Source of the DNA: Balanoglossus misakiensis
Taxonomy: Eukaryota; Animalia; Hemichordata
Assembly: GCA_040954595.2 (NCBI GenBank)
Contig: CM082596.2
Span: forward strand, 7,394,468 to 7,458,467
DNA: 64,000 nt
Direction: 5' to 3'
The translations under genes were made by a program, and so were the position numbers. This document shows positions 1-13,014 of the stretch, one piece after another. The notes under the pieces were generated by a model, which searched no databases, had not been told where the DNA came from, and saw nothing but the letters and a program-made list of their open reading frames with translations. Position 1 is the first letter of the stretch. Every line of letters starts with the position of its first letter.

Positions 1-1900
1 AAGTGTTTTACAGTATCACTGCAGAATAAACTCTTCCTGTACATCCGAACAATTATGAATATTTTGCGGGTGGCAGCGGTCAGCTTGCTAACACAGTTAT
101 TTATTCCTTTGTACAATTACTGCCGACCTCATTAACATCTAAAAGAGACACTTCACATCGCCTGAAACCGAATGACGTCACACATCCCTCGGTTAAAATT
201 AGCCCTTGACGTTGTGCCCTGATAATACGCACTTAAAAATCGTTATGGTTTTTCCTGTATACCCATAATCAATATTTCAAGAGAACTTTGGGGTTAAAAC
301 CATTTGTTATCAAATATTGACCGACGTATAAAGTACACTGGCCGTTTCTACATAGCCTTCTGGTTCCGTTTCGATCTGAGAGCTGACAGTTGCATTTCGA
401 GTCAGCTCTGCAGGCGTTGCGCATGCGCACGTCTTTTCTCCAGGAGTACCTGTACAACCTGATATTGCCGTACAGTTTTGAGAGCCTGGATCTCAAGTAA
501 CACCTTATATTAACGTGGTACATGATGAAATTTGGCAGCATCGCTGAATATCACGACAAGTGACGTGTCATAGGTAACCTTGGGTTCACTACGCGACTAT
601 TTTTACAACAGGCGTGCGATCGAGATGTGATAGCCAGGTGATCTGAAAACTGAAATAATAAAATCATGGCCGGGTTGTCATTTTTACGCAACAATATTCC
701 CCAGGGTTCGGTCTGTCTTTAATAGCTAACGACCCCAGATTGTTTGGCCATTTCAAAAGCATGTCAATGCAGCAGACAATGCCGGTAATTAATATAATAG
801 GTGGAAATACACACGCGACATTCGTGTTGTACATGTCTTGATCATTAAAACTATTATCAGCCAATTCCATAGTGTCGGTCAATGCATTGTTCGATACTGA
901 ATACAAAGCAGCCTACAATGCAATTGGGGAGTGATTAATTGAACACTGCCGGCAGAGCATATTATTTTATCGTCGACATTTTTTGTAGCAATGCGGCATT
1001 AGACAGACACGAAAAAGAAAGAAAATATTCTTTCTGACATTTTGACAAAACGCCGCTGATTTGCAGAATAGCAGGCGGCAAAACGGGACGGACAGTTGCA
1101 CAAACACACTGACAAGTACTTAGCATGAATGAACACATAGGAAACCGAAGTCTCACACTTTTGCCAAATAAGTCAGGCTTGTGAAAAGCGAATAATCTCT
1201 GCGAATAAATATTACAATATGTGAAATTCACAAGACGCCGTTCGCTGAATGTGGCCACACTAGAAAACATAACCATCTCAGTGTCGACATGGGTTCTCGT
1301 GTCTCCGGCCACCGACCCTGATTTTCGGTCTCCGACGAGAAAATATATTTCTGTTCCTGACCGAGCCCATTTTTGTCAAACAGCGCCTTCTTTGGGCTGC
1401 CATTGAACATCAAGATGGCGCAACAGCTGATGGTTTCATCAACTCGAGGCCGGAGGCTTTCCAATTCGTTTGTCATTATTACAAGGTGGGGCCATTATTA
1501 GTTAGCGGCATTTGGGGATTAACTGCATTAAATAATCAGTGTATTAAATCACGGGACATAGGTGGTTTAGATTTTGTAAAATCAGTCTTGCGCATATACA
1601 CTGTGTTCCTATTACACCCACTGACTGTTGCTACTTGTACTACATAATGACATCCATACGTCGGTTTGACCTTGTAGACTAAGACACTTGTTCATAAGGT
1701 AGCACGATTATTATAGGTACGTGAACTTTTAAAATAGGAGAGAGGTGAAGGATATTTCATTTACTTCGTAATACACGCACGTTTGCTACGCAATTAACTT
1801 TGCGAATATTAAACACGTCTAAGCTTAATTAGAACAGTTTTCTTTCAAAGAAGTAATATCATATCGAAGTTAGTAACAGAATCTATCAAACTGTCTGTTA

Positions 1901-1955
<55 letters not shown>

Positions 1956-1960
1956 CATCC
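1901..1960. repeat. (ATCT)n tetranucleotide microsatellite
   Basis: About 13 perfect ATCT units followed by ATCC variants. Confidence 0.97.
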
Positions 1961-3914
1961 AAATATCTACCACAGACAAACCACAGCGATGCAGTACTCC
2001 AGACAATAGTGCATGCATTTCTCATGATTAATTTTCCAGCAAGTGACCTCTACATTTGAATATGTCCAGCAAACTGCACGTAGGAATGTTTCCACCAACC
2101 GACCGGTCACTCAAGTGGCCACCGGCCGCCAAAGGGGTCGTTGACCTCGGGAACGCCAGGAGGCAGGCGATAGCCGAGTGGACCAATCGAAAGAGCGATT
2201 ATCAGCAAATACAAAAAAAAATCAAGCTAGAAGGTCAAAGCAGGACAATGTTAAATGAATTCCTTTAAAAACTGGGTACAAGAATCCCATGCTGGTCCCT
2301 TTCAACTGAGTTAAATGGCGACACAAAAACCTCGGGGGCAAAACCCCAGTATTGCTGCTCGGTAAAACGGAAATGACGTATTCGGGGCGAAGTTTGCATA
2401 CGCTGAACAAATACAATAAAGCATCACCGACATTTACAAATCGTCGACTGAGCAAATATTGTTACAAATGTACATATTATTAGAGGAACATTTCCCGGCG
2501 TTTATGGACATAATAATTTTGTGATAACAAACTCTCCAGATGACGTCACGCGCTTGACCGAGGCCCGGGAGGACGCATGCGCTCAAACAGGTGTCACAAT
2601 GTAACCGTATTCATTTTCGTGATGCTGCGTTGCAAATTTCATTTGGCCTTTTAAGTTTTAGCACAACACTTCATATAATCGTAAAAAGATCAGTTAAGTG
2701 GTAAAAATGGCAACATTTAATAACAATCGACTTTAACGTGGAAACCGAAGATGTACAAGAGTTTGAAAACGTTTACATTCCGTTTCAGAGACACGTCTTT
2801 CAATGTTTGATTAAGTGGTGCAAATTCCGTGTGAAAGCAGACGGATAGAATACTCGTAGAGTGTTAGTGGTGGCGCGTTATGTATTTCCAAAGCGACAGA
2901 TTGTTCAAATTGACTGCCATCCACTAAAAACACGCACAGGAATATTCAAGTCACGTATCAAGGTCGTTTTTGATCAATTTCCAAACACAAACACATAAAC
3001 GATCGGTTGCGAGAGGACCGCAGGGGCGTTTCTCGGATACGCGCGCAATGCATGCCAAACTCGGTCGGTAATATCGCTGTCGTTGTGACAGGCTGTTGGC
3101 TTTCTCGGGGGTTCCCAACACAGCCTCGCCAGAATCGGGTCGCACACAGGTAAAGTGGAAGGCGGGCTTGGCAGCATCAAACGAACCGAGCTCTAAGCGC
3201 GGCACGGTACTTAAGTTTTTCGCTTATTTATGCCATTTTTTTTGCCCAATCTAGGTAATTCTATGCGAAGTATGTCAATTGTCGCTGGGCGGATGAAGCG
3301 AGGTTTGCCGCGCTGCATTGAAGAATGCAGTGCCCTACTCCACGTCGAGCGACCCGGCCTTGGAATACCAGGGTTCCCGTTGCTGCCGCGACTGCGGAGT
3401 GCTATTATTCGCAACGCGCCGTTGCCATGGAAATGGCACTCTGAAAAACAACACGGCCCAGGTGTCTCCTTAGAAACCGATGAGGTTGCGAACGGCAGGA
3501 CGTGTTCCACAAAATGAAGTGTTCTTTATTCGCAGACACTGACTGCAACGAGGAGGAATTGTGTGGTGCCACCCGCGCTTGTCGTCCTCAAAAATGAATT
3601 AGTTTGAATAAAACGATGCCGGAATCTCACTTGCAACACGTCCCGCTCCCGCCAAGCAAAGTAAAAACGGCTGCCTAATCACGACCCGGCCATCTTGTAC
3701 AGATAGACAAGTGACCTGTTAATAGTCTACGATAGCACAGCGACCACTCAGAGTCTCCAAGCAAGCTATGCCCCAATGGAATCACCAGGGCAAGTGTATT
3801 AGGTGCGAGCAAACAAAACACGTGCATTTCTAGTCGTTTCTGTTCGACTAACAAGTTCGTGCTCTGAACAAAAGTAAGCTTACTAATAATACCGCATGTG
3901 CGAAAATATCATTA

Positions 3915-4068
3915 CAGTGAAACCTGTCTATAGTGGCCAGTCAAGGGGCTTTCCTAAACCGGCCTTTATAAACAGGTGGTCTTTATAGACAGGTCAATAT
4001 TAATGTTACATTTACATGTAAATTGCACAGGGACTGTAGCAAAGTGGCCACTTACACAGGTTTGACTA
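3915..4068 (+). mobile_element. MITE family A copy 1 (Tc1/mariner-pogo-like, TA-flanked, 154 bp)
   Basis: TA|CAGTGAAACCTGT ... ACAGGTTTGACTA|TA imperfect terminal inverted repeats with TA on both sides. The interior aligns with 56231-56385. CAGT termini plus a TA target are typical of Tc1/mariner-pogo elements. Confidence 0.85.
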
Positions 4069-5748
4069 TATGATAAATTTCACCAATCTGTTGCTTTTTA
4101 ATTGTGCGTGTGTCAACGACAATATTGCGCCATGACTTTTTCGCTGACACAAATAAGAATCATTGAACGTACAGGGGTTCATCCCCACACTACAAGCAAT
4201 AATCCAGCCAGAAATGTCCCTGAAACATTTCATCTGTTAACCCCAAAAATAGGTGCCTTCGCCAAATCCTATGTTTACAGAGAATAATGCGGAGTATTGA
4301 CACACACGGAGAAGGATATTAAAACCTGTCATATATGTGTCTGTGTAAATTAGACTGCGGGTGATTGATGCGTGTGGCTAATATTGGTCGTAACAATTTT
4401 TTTGTCAATTATGAAACAGATGTTGAAATTGACAGGGGTGATTTAAAGCAGGGATTAAGTCCACGGTTGCGATGCACTCAGTTGAGTCGCTCACTGGGAC
4501 AAGAAGATTTTTTCTCCCTCCACCCCCCACCCCCCATAAGCAAAGTCCATTGAATCTGGCGTATTGGTGTTAAATTGATTTTTTGGGGCTTATAATGTGT
4601 CCAATTTCCGGTTTTTGACTTAGGTAAACACGCCAAAGTAAAGTTCAGATACCGTATGGAAATACACATGTATGAATAATTATAAGGGGGTCCTAGTTGA
4701 CCTCAATGAAAAACACGCCTTAGCACAAACTGGTGCAATATATCATACGATGTCACCTTCAACAGGGGGGTCTCAAAATCTTTGCAGTTTACGGACCTCT
4801 CCTTTTTACGACGTAATATGGCCGACTTACCCCGCTGCTTTGCAAAACCTTTTCACAAATCTCGGGAGTTAATTCACAACAACTGTCTACCTTTGCAGCT
4901 CTCGTGACCTCTGGGAATTCGTACCCGTGAATTGTGTGCGCTTGCGTAACACAACAATGCAGCTGGCCGCTATATCATGCACTGTTCATCCGGCGCCCAG
5001 CGCGCGGGATGTTACACAGCGCGCGCGCTGTAAACGCGCAATAACCCGATCATGCTAATATAGCAATAGTATCCCTTTGGTTTCTTTGCAAAAAGGATCA
5101 TTTTTGTCAAGACTGAATGCATACTGCTGGACGTGTGAATAAAGTATTCAACACAGAAGACTTGATTCGCATTAAAAGAGGGAGAGTCGATCTTTCAGTT
5201 AGAAAATTTGGCGACTACTGCGTTCTCAGCTGTTGTATAATTAGTTCGCAGTCAACAGTCGTGTTTGGTGAATTTCCCGTTTCATTGCCACCTGTTGCAT
5301 ACCAAGTACAATTGGAATGACCTATGCGCGTCACGCGGTTACAAACCCTCGCGTTTAGACATATCTTCAGTTATTTATTTGAGGAATGGTACATTGCACA
5401 ACTAAGACTGGGCGCACATGTTATTAATCGTGGGACCAGGCTCAGTTCATCGTACTGCTCGCAACGCGCCAGCGTCGACACGCAGTGGAAAGGCCGCTCA
5501 CGCGAAGCAGATTTGCATAGAATAGAAATTGCCGCGTGTCAACAGAAACGGGATCTGCCATGTCTAAGCCCGGGCCATATATCACGTCAAGCGGCCGGGG
5601 CAACAATACGTGCGACTTGGCGACAATTCTATTTCATTAAAATCCCGAGTTCACAGCTGACCGGGCGAAACGTGGCCACTACTGCGAATTCGACACTACA
5701 AGACTGAACACGGTTCATACATGTCCCGCCTTTCTGTGCCTGTTTGGG

Positions 5749-5777
5749 GTTACATCATAGAATGTCTACGGTTACAT
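5749..5777. mobile_element. Putative P/Galileo-like transposon footprint (15-bp insert between 7-bp direct repeats)
   Basis: GTTACAT|CATAGAATGTCTACG|GTTACAT; same architecture as 30069-30102 and 46613-46642. Confidence 0.6.
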
Positions 5778-7334
5778 CGGCCGAGTCAGGCCGGTTCTGT
5801 TAATTAAGTCATCCCGCTATATGAGACAATAGTTCTAAAATACTACCACTCTTTCCGACAGTAAGCTGAGCGCAAAGCGGTCAGCGAAGTTAAAGTTGCA
5901 TTCACCGCGGCCTATTGTGCAAGCTAATCTGTTAACGGAGTATTTTCACAGCCCGGCAAGCCCAGGATATTGAAAGGATATTTGACAGTGTCGCATTACT
6001 TTTCAGGGTGTAGTCATTACAATGCGTTCGTGAATAGCGGTGAATGCGGCTTACTGTGACTTAGAGGGACCGGCCCGAACTTATACCCGGGGAGGGTATA
6101 GAATTGTCGCACACCGTACAATACAACATGTGCAAACATATACATGTATTTCTCAAAGCAGGATTGCCTCGCCGTCCGCCATCTTGCCAGTGCCAATGGT
6201 TGGCGATGTAACACCACAAAAAATAGATTTTATACACCCCCTCAGCACTAAGCGATTTATCTTTGGCGGTAGGGGGGGGGCTGCCAACAATGAAATCACC
6301 ATTGTTTATTTTACTATAATTACTTTTTAAATACCATAACATCAACAAAGTTACAGTAATTACGTAATTTATCGATCAGACTTTTATTAAAAACGCATTT
6401 CAATGGGGTACGCATAGAAATGAGTTAAATGTCTCTTTTCCACATGACGCAGCCCCCCCCCCCACCGGTTCATTGTGCCACGCCCCTTTTAAAGGGTATC
6501 ACTTCGTCCGAAGGTCATGGAAGACAAAACAATGCCTATACAATTGGCAATTTCAAAGGAATCCTTCATGTCGATTGACATCTTCTTCAAATATTAAGAA
6601 CGAAACAAAAGCTTTAAAAACAGTCGGTTACTGAAACACCGGGAAAAGACTGGGTACCCCTCCCCCCCCCCCAAAAAAAAAAGCTAGAATTTTGAGGCGG
6701 TGATCTATTAGGTCCTTTCACGAGAGAAGATACTAAACAGGAGGGTCGGGAAAAAAACTCGACTTAAGCTAAAAAGCGCCGGGCAGTATTAGGGATAATT
6801 ACACACATGGAATCTCGCGTTGAAAACCTGCTCACTGTATACTAATGTGTGACTCTGTGATTGAACATACACTCGCAATGGCTAATGTTGAAGCCGACAT
6901 ACGGGGTATACAAACCGCCACAGGTAAACAACGACACAGGCCGAAAACAAGTGTCTGAAGCTGTCGTCTGTTACATAAGAGATGCCAGATGGCATAAAAA
7001 ACCCTGCCCTATATCTCTTCTCATTTGGACATTACGCAACGTTCTTTTCAAATGGCGACGAGACAAGCCTGGCTTCGTTTTCGACTGTTTTCATCCGTGT
7101 ATACACAACGACTATAATGTGTTCGCGCCGACAGGACACATAGTACTACATACGCTATATAATATTTTATCTCGCGATCGATAAATCCATTCTTTAGTTC
7201 AAGGTTAACGTCAAAAACGGACCCGGCCGTCGTCGAAAATGGGTCACAATGAGACACGCTGATATTATCTCACACTCTGATTAAAATCAACATACAAGAG
7301 CTGTTTTCATTTAATCACTATTCCAGTCCCTCAC

Positions 7335-7495
7335 CTGTTCGATCTCATGCGCAGACTTCGGAGGGGCTTGGAACCTCCGCCCACATTTTGCCCCTCTTCT
7401 TCGGCGTCGATCACCGACGATGATTCAGACTCTGTCTGAATTTCTAACTCGCAGTTGTCCTGTGTCGGTTCTTCGCTCTCTGTCGAGCTCAACAT
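7335..7495 (-). CDS. Candidate first coding part of a spliced exon (exon 7560-7335); acidic Ser/Glu-rich N-terminus, product unknown
   Basis: On the minus strand a polypyrimidine tract plus AG (TTCTTTTCTCTCTTCTCTCTCTCGGTAG|) ends at 7561. AAAAATG at 7495 has an upstream in-frame stop. 53 open codons (MLSSTESEEPTQDNCELEIQTESESSSVIDAEEEGQNVGGGSKPLRSLRMRSN) are followed by the donor CAG|GTGAGG at 7335. No homology recognised. Confidence 0.3.
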
Positions 7496-9783
7496 TTTTT
7501 TTCTGTTTGGCCTTTTCAGTCCGTGTTCTTTAAATCCAGTCCTTCTTCATTCGTTCCTCACTACCGAGAGAGAGAAGAGAGAAAAGAACGGGTCGTGATT
7601 TAAGCGCTTGGCTGACTGTAACCCAGTGACAACGGTCGTGCAGTGCGCGATGAAACATGCGAGCGAACTTGTCCTCTGTCAAAACAGTAGCGTTGTACTC
7701 ACAGTTCGCAATGACCGGGCAGCGTACAAGCGAAGAGCAAACAGAACTTGAGATTGTAAGCTCCGCTTGACAAAAGGCGCACGTTATAATAATGGACATG
7801 TAGTTATATTTGCCCTCACCGAGAATTTGCCTGGCGTTACAGCTCGGGTCATGTGTACGCCAGCACCTGTGGTCGAAAACAACAGCGCGGTTGGTGCATT
7901 GAAATCTACGGGCGCCTCACACGTGTACACGTATCCCGCGTCGCAGATTCGGTGTAGTTTAATATTATCGGCCGTCAACACGCTCCGTACAGATAATCTT
8001 GCCTTGCAGCTAAAACAACTCTCCGCAAACATATGATATACGCAAACAACTTGTGGGCCAATGATCATCCCGCGTGTGCGCATGCGTACGCGGCCGTCGA
8101 CCTGTTCGAGGGGTTTTTGGTTCATTTTCAGATTTGGCGTTGTTGTGTTAAATGTCGTCATGTTACATAAAATGTCAATTAACATACAATTGTCGTTGCT
8201 TGGTAGATACACATATGTAAATTGGCACTTAATGAAACTATACGCTTGCACAGTACGACTCGCCATTTACCAGCAGAACACAATTCGTGTGGTGAGTGAT
8301 ACATACACTTAGCGCAAAGCAAAACAATCCCGTTTTCACTGACTGTGTCTCGCTCATTGGGCATGGCCATTTTGGTCGACAATGATGGCGATCCTAAACA
8401 CCCGGAGCCGCAAAACAACATCTCGTCTGCAAGACAACAAACGGTCGGAAAAACTTCCAAAGCGGCGTCTATCTCTCACACAGGCCGTTAAAATGATTTT
8501 CTGCCAGGTTTAATGAACCGAAGTGTACGGACCGCTGTCCGCTTATCTTTACAGCCTTTTCCCCCATCCTTTGATAATCGCTTCACCGAACCCTTCTTTA
8601 ACCCATCAAATGCCAGTCTAGAACGCTACGTCAAACACCATATGCGTTTCCAATCGCGGCTGTACCGTTCACCGGGGGACGCCCACCGCCTAATCGCGAA
8701 GCCGGCCTTGATGTTACGCCGAGTGGAGAAAGAGGTCGAGGTTATACACACTGGGGTCGATTATAAGACTGAAATAAAATGCCAATGGTTTATGATAAAA
8801 TAAACGTTCAGTACAACCGGATTAATGATGTTTACACCGTTAGATTCATATCATAAAGTCACCGAATCCGTCACGTGACTGTTGGCGAAGTGGCACAAGG
8901 GTATATGACTATTTGTTTACGGGTGAAATATGAACAGCGTTATAAATCAAAGTAATATATATTTAATCCGGTAATAATTATGACAAATTATTCGCGGATA
9001 ACACGAAGTTAACAAGTCGGCGTGGAATATATTCGATTTCAGAGTACAAATGTTCTGACCAGAATTTTTTGTCTTCTGAAAAGTTACTAGACATATGCTT
9101 TAGTTGATGCTATGCTTAGCATAACATTTCCAGATTAATCACTATGGCAACATTGTCACGACGCGAGAGAGAGGGGGAAAAAGATTAAACGTGTTATATC
9201 GGTGTAATTTATTTGCTCATACGCGCAAAGTCAATGCTGAATATACTGAACGCAACATGTAAAGTGAACGCATTACTATTCCGGTCGAGAGAAGACCATT
9301 GTTTCCCCTCAAACAATACAAAGTCATTGAAGAGTCCTGATCAAGGAGTACTGCATGTCTGCACACTGACCTAACAGCGGTGAAGTATGCGAAGGAAACA
9401 CCGTCGCGTTTTATTGCCTCAGACATCCGGGCACTTGATATCGAAGCGCTTTCAATTCCCAAAACTCAAGGACTGGACAGTTGACTACTGAAGTATGCAA
9501 CGTGTCACGGGATTGTCTCTGCATGCTCTCTCGTGACGCGGACCCTGGTTTATCCCATTGCCTGTCAAAGAGTTTTCATTACCATGGCAACCTTTTAAAC
9601 CCCCCTTTCATGGGACACCACATTACACGCGAGGTTAATAGTTCCGGACAATCCCACACAATCACGCCCATCGGGAAATTGTATGCGAAATACGGCCATG
9701 AGACGAGGGTTTGCTCAAGACTTTAATCTTCAGTGTTCTCTTGTCCGTCTGAAAGGACGAGCGTGGCCATGTATGCCAAGATG

Positions 9784-9915
9784 ACATACATACATACATA
9801 CATACATACATACATACATACATACATACATACATACATACATACATACATACATACATACAGACATACAGACATACATACATACATACATACATACATA
9901 CATACATACATACAT
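9784..9915. repeat. (ACAT)n microsatellite
   Basis: About 33 ACAT units with two ACAG variants; the source of the MYVC/YIHT pseudo-ORFs. Confidence 0.98.
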
Positions 9916-12913
9916 TGCATCACCATGTAGTGCAGCCTTGTATTGTGCGCGTGCAGTGTCAGCTTGCTCGCATGAAGAGAATCTGTTCGTGTAATCAAAG
10001 AAAAAAATAGTCTACACTTTGATGCGTGTCACTCAACACGGACGAAAGTTCTAGCGCTGTGTTCAAGTGCCTGTGGCTTCTACCACCACGGCCACTTGAC
10101 TGCCCATGGCAGAACTAAAACATATCCCCAACCATGAAGAAATGTAAACAAGCGGAGGAGCAATACATGTATTTTGTAGGGATGGTTCATCACATCCTAT
10201 ATTATATCAGTGACTGAAGCTTATATCAGGCAAAAGCGTTTACTGTTCGTGTCGGACAGATAGAGTAGAACAACTTGAACCAACGTGTCAGGAAACCGAT
10301 GCCAGATACAAATCCCAGCCTCCGGGGCAACCAGTGAAGTTTACGGGCAGATTACGGTCACTGCACTGCGCCCGTTGTGTTGTTCCGAAGTATTAGCGTT
10401 GGGAAAGTGAGAAAAAAAACTGTTATGTAATCAAGGGATTAAATAAACATCTCGCGTTTAGCGCGTTTTAATTCTCTGTAAGCGGGCGCGGCCATGAAAT
10501 AAACACGTAGTCTATTGCAAATAAACTGAAATATACATCTTCCTTAAAACCATTTCTGTATGTTGGAAGTATTAAAGGAACAACGTGTGAAATTTTCAAA
10601 TTTGTTCAAAAGGTTTCCACTGATTCTTTCAACGTTCCTCCGTCTGTAACACGTTGCATGATAGTTACACATACTTGATTTGCCAACACGAGTAATCATG
10701 ACATGCACACATATTAATTGTGTTGATAAACTGAATACCTGGGGGTTGTAGTGTCGCGCTCCAGGGCCAGTCTGATCATGGACTTGAACACGGGGGAACT
10801 GTCGACAAAGCCTAATACTTCCGCTAAATATGATATTGTTTTGATATCACAGCGACAGCGTATTAATGATGTATTTCTGAATAATTAAGTTTGCATTATT
10901 TGCGGAATTCTGTGATATGGAGACGCATTCGGGGTCACACAAACACGTACAGAACTTGACACTGCGGCGCGTAATTGGAAACCGAAAATGTTTATACATC
11001 AGCAGGAACTAAATTGATTCTATGTAAACACACTAATAATACAGGACGTGGAGGAGTTTATTTTGACATCGGATCGCGCTCTTGCCCCATAATGTCAATC
11101 TTCCTCGCACGGGGCGCGCACCGCATGCGTGTACCACAACATGCGGGTCGAGGCTACTGTTTACTAGTTACATGTCCACCTCAATCGGAAGTCGACGGGA
11201 CAAACTAGACATGGGATTACTTGCGTGGGAAGTTTGACCCCAAATTCATGATTATCCGGGTCAATTTTTTGCTTATTTTTTCTACAGTCGGCTGTAATTG
11301 TGTTTACTTTTTGAAAGACACATGAATCAAATTTGAGTGTCCGTAACAACGAAAACAGACGGGAGTTTATACAGCAAGGCATTTTTCGTTTCAGCGTATC
11401 CAGCTCCGATGATGAGCGCCCTCAACATCAAGCCGACACCATGTGTATTTTCGGTACGCGGTCCATCCTGTCTGTTGGCACCGTCTATTTATGTCCTAGA
11501 GGGTCGGTCGGTCGGTCGGCGTAATTGTTGTTATCTTGGAACAAAATGTTTGACACCGCCGTTTTATAATATTTCAAAATCGAAATATTTATTTAACCTT
11601 TAGCTGTTTCTTATTATAAAAACACACACTCGTGCCCTGGGATTTAGGAAGCTAAGCCATCCTGACAAAATATCTAGTGTCAGACGAAATAAAGACATCG
11701 ATTCAAGGGCTCCACACGGACTGCGGAATTTTCTGGCCTGAACAGCGAAACGGTGTCATTTAAGTGTTTGTGCATAGTTGCACGGATTTCTACTATTTAC
11801 ATCTCTCGTCTCGAGAGCCTGTTGTCCTTGCCGGCACAGACAGAAACAGCGACTTGTGTTGAGGACAGACCACTTAAAAAAGGGCGCCACACACGGAGGT
11901 GGAAGGACAAGAGTGTTTCGGACAATTCTAGGGGTGTGACGATCCAGTATTCAGACAGACTGGCCGAGGTCGACCGTCTAGTATCATCCCGGTACAGATT
12001 TGAAAAGGAAAACTGTACTTTGAATTGAACACGCGTACATTTACACGAGCCCAAAACAAGGAGACTACAGTGGCAAGGTAAAGGAATTTGTAAACGACAG
12101 GCATACACCTAATTGACGTTAATTGCCGATTCGCACTCCACCAAACTCTTTTCGACCATGTAATGAAGGCCTTAGCGATCTTTCTCACGTGTATCGTGTA
12201 CCACGGCCACGGCAACGACCGGATTCCTGCGCCGTGTGTCACAAAGGGAATCGACGTCGAAATTGACAGAACCCCGTCCCCTCTGTTGCGATGTCAAACG
12301 CCATTGTTTCGAACGACCCGCGTCGTCACCCCACTCACAGAGACTCAACGCGAAGCCATCCGCGAAAATGCCCTTCCCCCTTCCCGGTAAATGGAGCGCG
12401 ACAATGCATTTTGATTGATGCGGCTTTCAAACGTACAAGTACGCCGAGGATGATGGCCGGGTTCCCATGCACCATCACACGGCAATTTCCCTGAAAGAGA
12501 GGGGTCAGCGGTCCGGGCTTTCAGTTCACGCGGTTACCTTTAGATTCCAAACCGCTTACCAGTCACTCAGTGAGTCCAATCGCAAAGGGCATACTTTCGC
12601 CGATGGGCTATGCACCGCAATCTTCATTGATAACGCATGGTTGGCCGCCATCGCCCGTCGCCTCACTAAGGCCAAGATGTAAAGTTGTCACTATCGTCGC
12701 ATCACAGTCTATTTACCGGGAATGCCAGGCACGTGAATAAAGGAAGTATGCGTCCATTATCACCATCTAACAATTTTCACTCGAATAATTCCAGCGAGCG
12801 TCCAGAGTAGACTCTCAAGGTTGAAGGACAGTGCGTCGACTGTGTATTCGAAAAAAAAATCAGCGGCGGTCATTATGTTGCGCTTTTCATGTTCAGATCC
12901 ATCATTCAACCGA

Positions 12914-13014
12914 TTTCATGGCATCTTGATACAGAGACAATGTCTTGATGTACATATATGCATATCGATTTGTGTTGCAATACGATACAATATGGCCACC
13001 GGGCGGCCATTTTG
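12914..13014 (-). repeat. Dispersed repeat family E fragment (CAAAATGGCCGCC..GCCATATTG core)
   Basis: The reverse complement CAAAATGGCCGCCCGGTGGCCATATTGTATCG...CACAAATCGATATGCATATATGTACATC aligns by eye with 15911-16006. Confidence 0.75.

Noticed and set aside
5016-5031. ACAGCGCGCGCGCTGT palindrome (Z-DNA-prone CG run)
   Set aside because: Short and largely explained by a self-complementary (CG)n run.
9662-9998. MYVC/YIHT-repeat ORFs (also 51431-51909, the SL-repeat ORFs at 23339-23575 and the poly-His/Ile ORFs at 59765-59999)
   Set aside because: Translations of microsatellites, not proteins.
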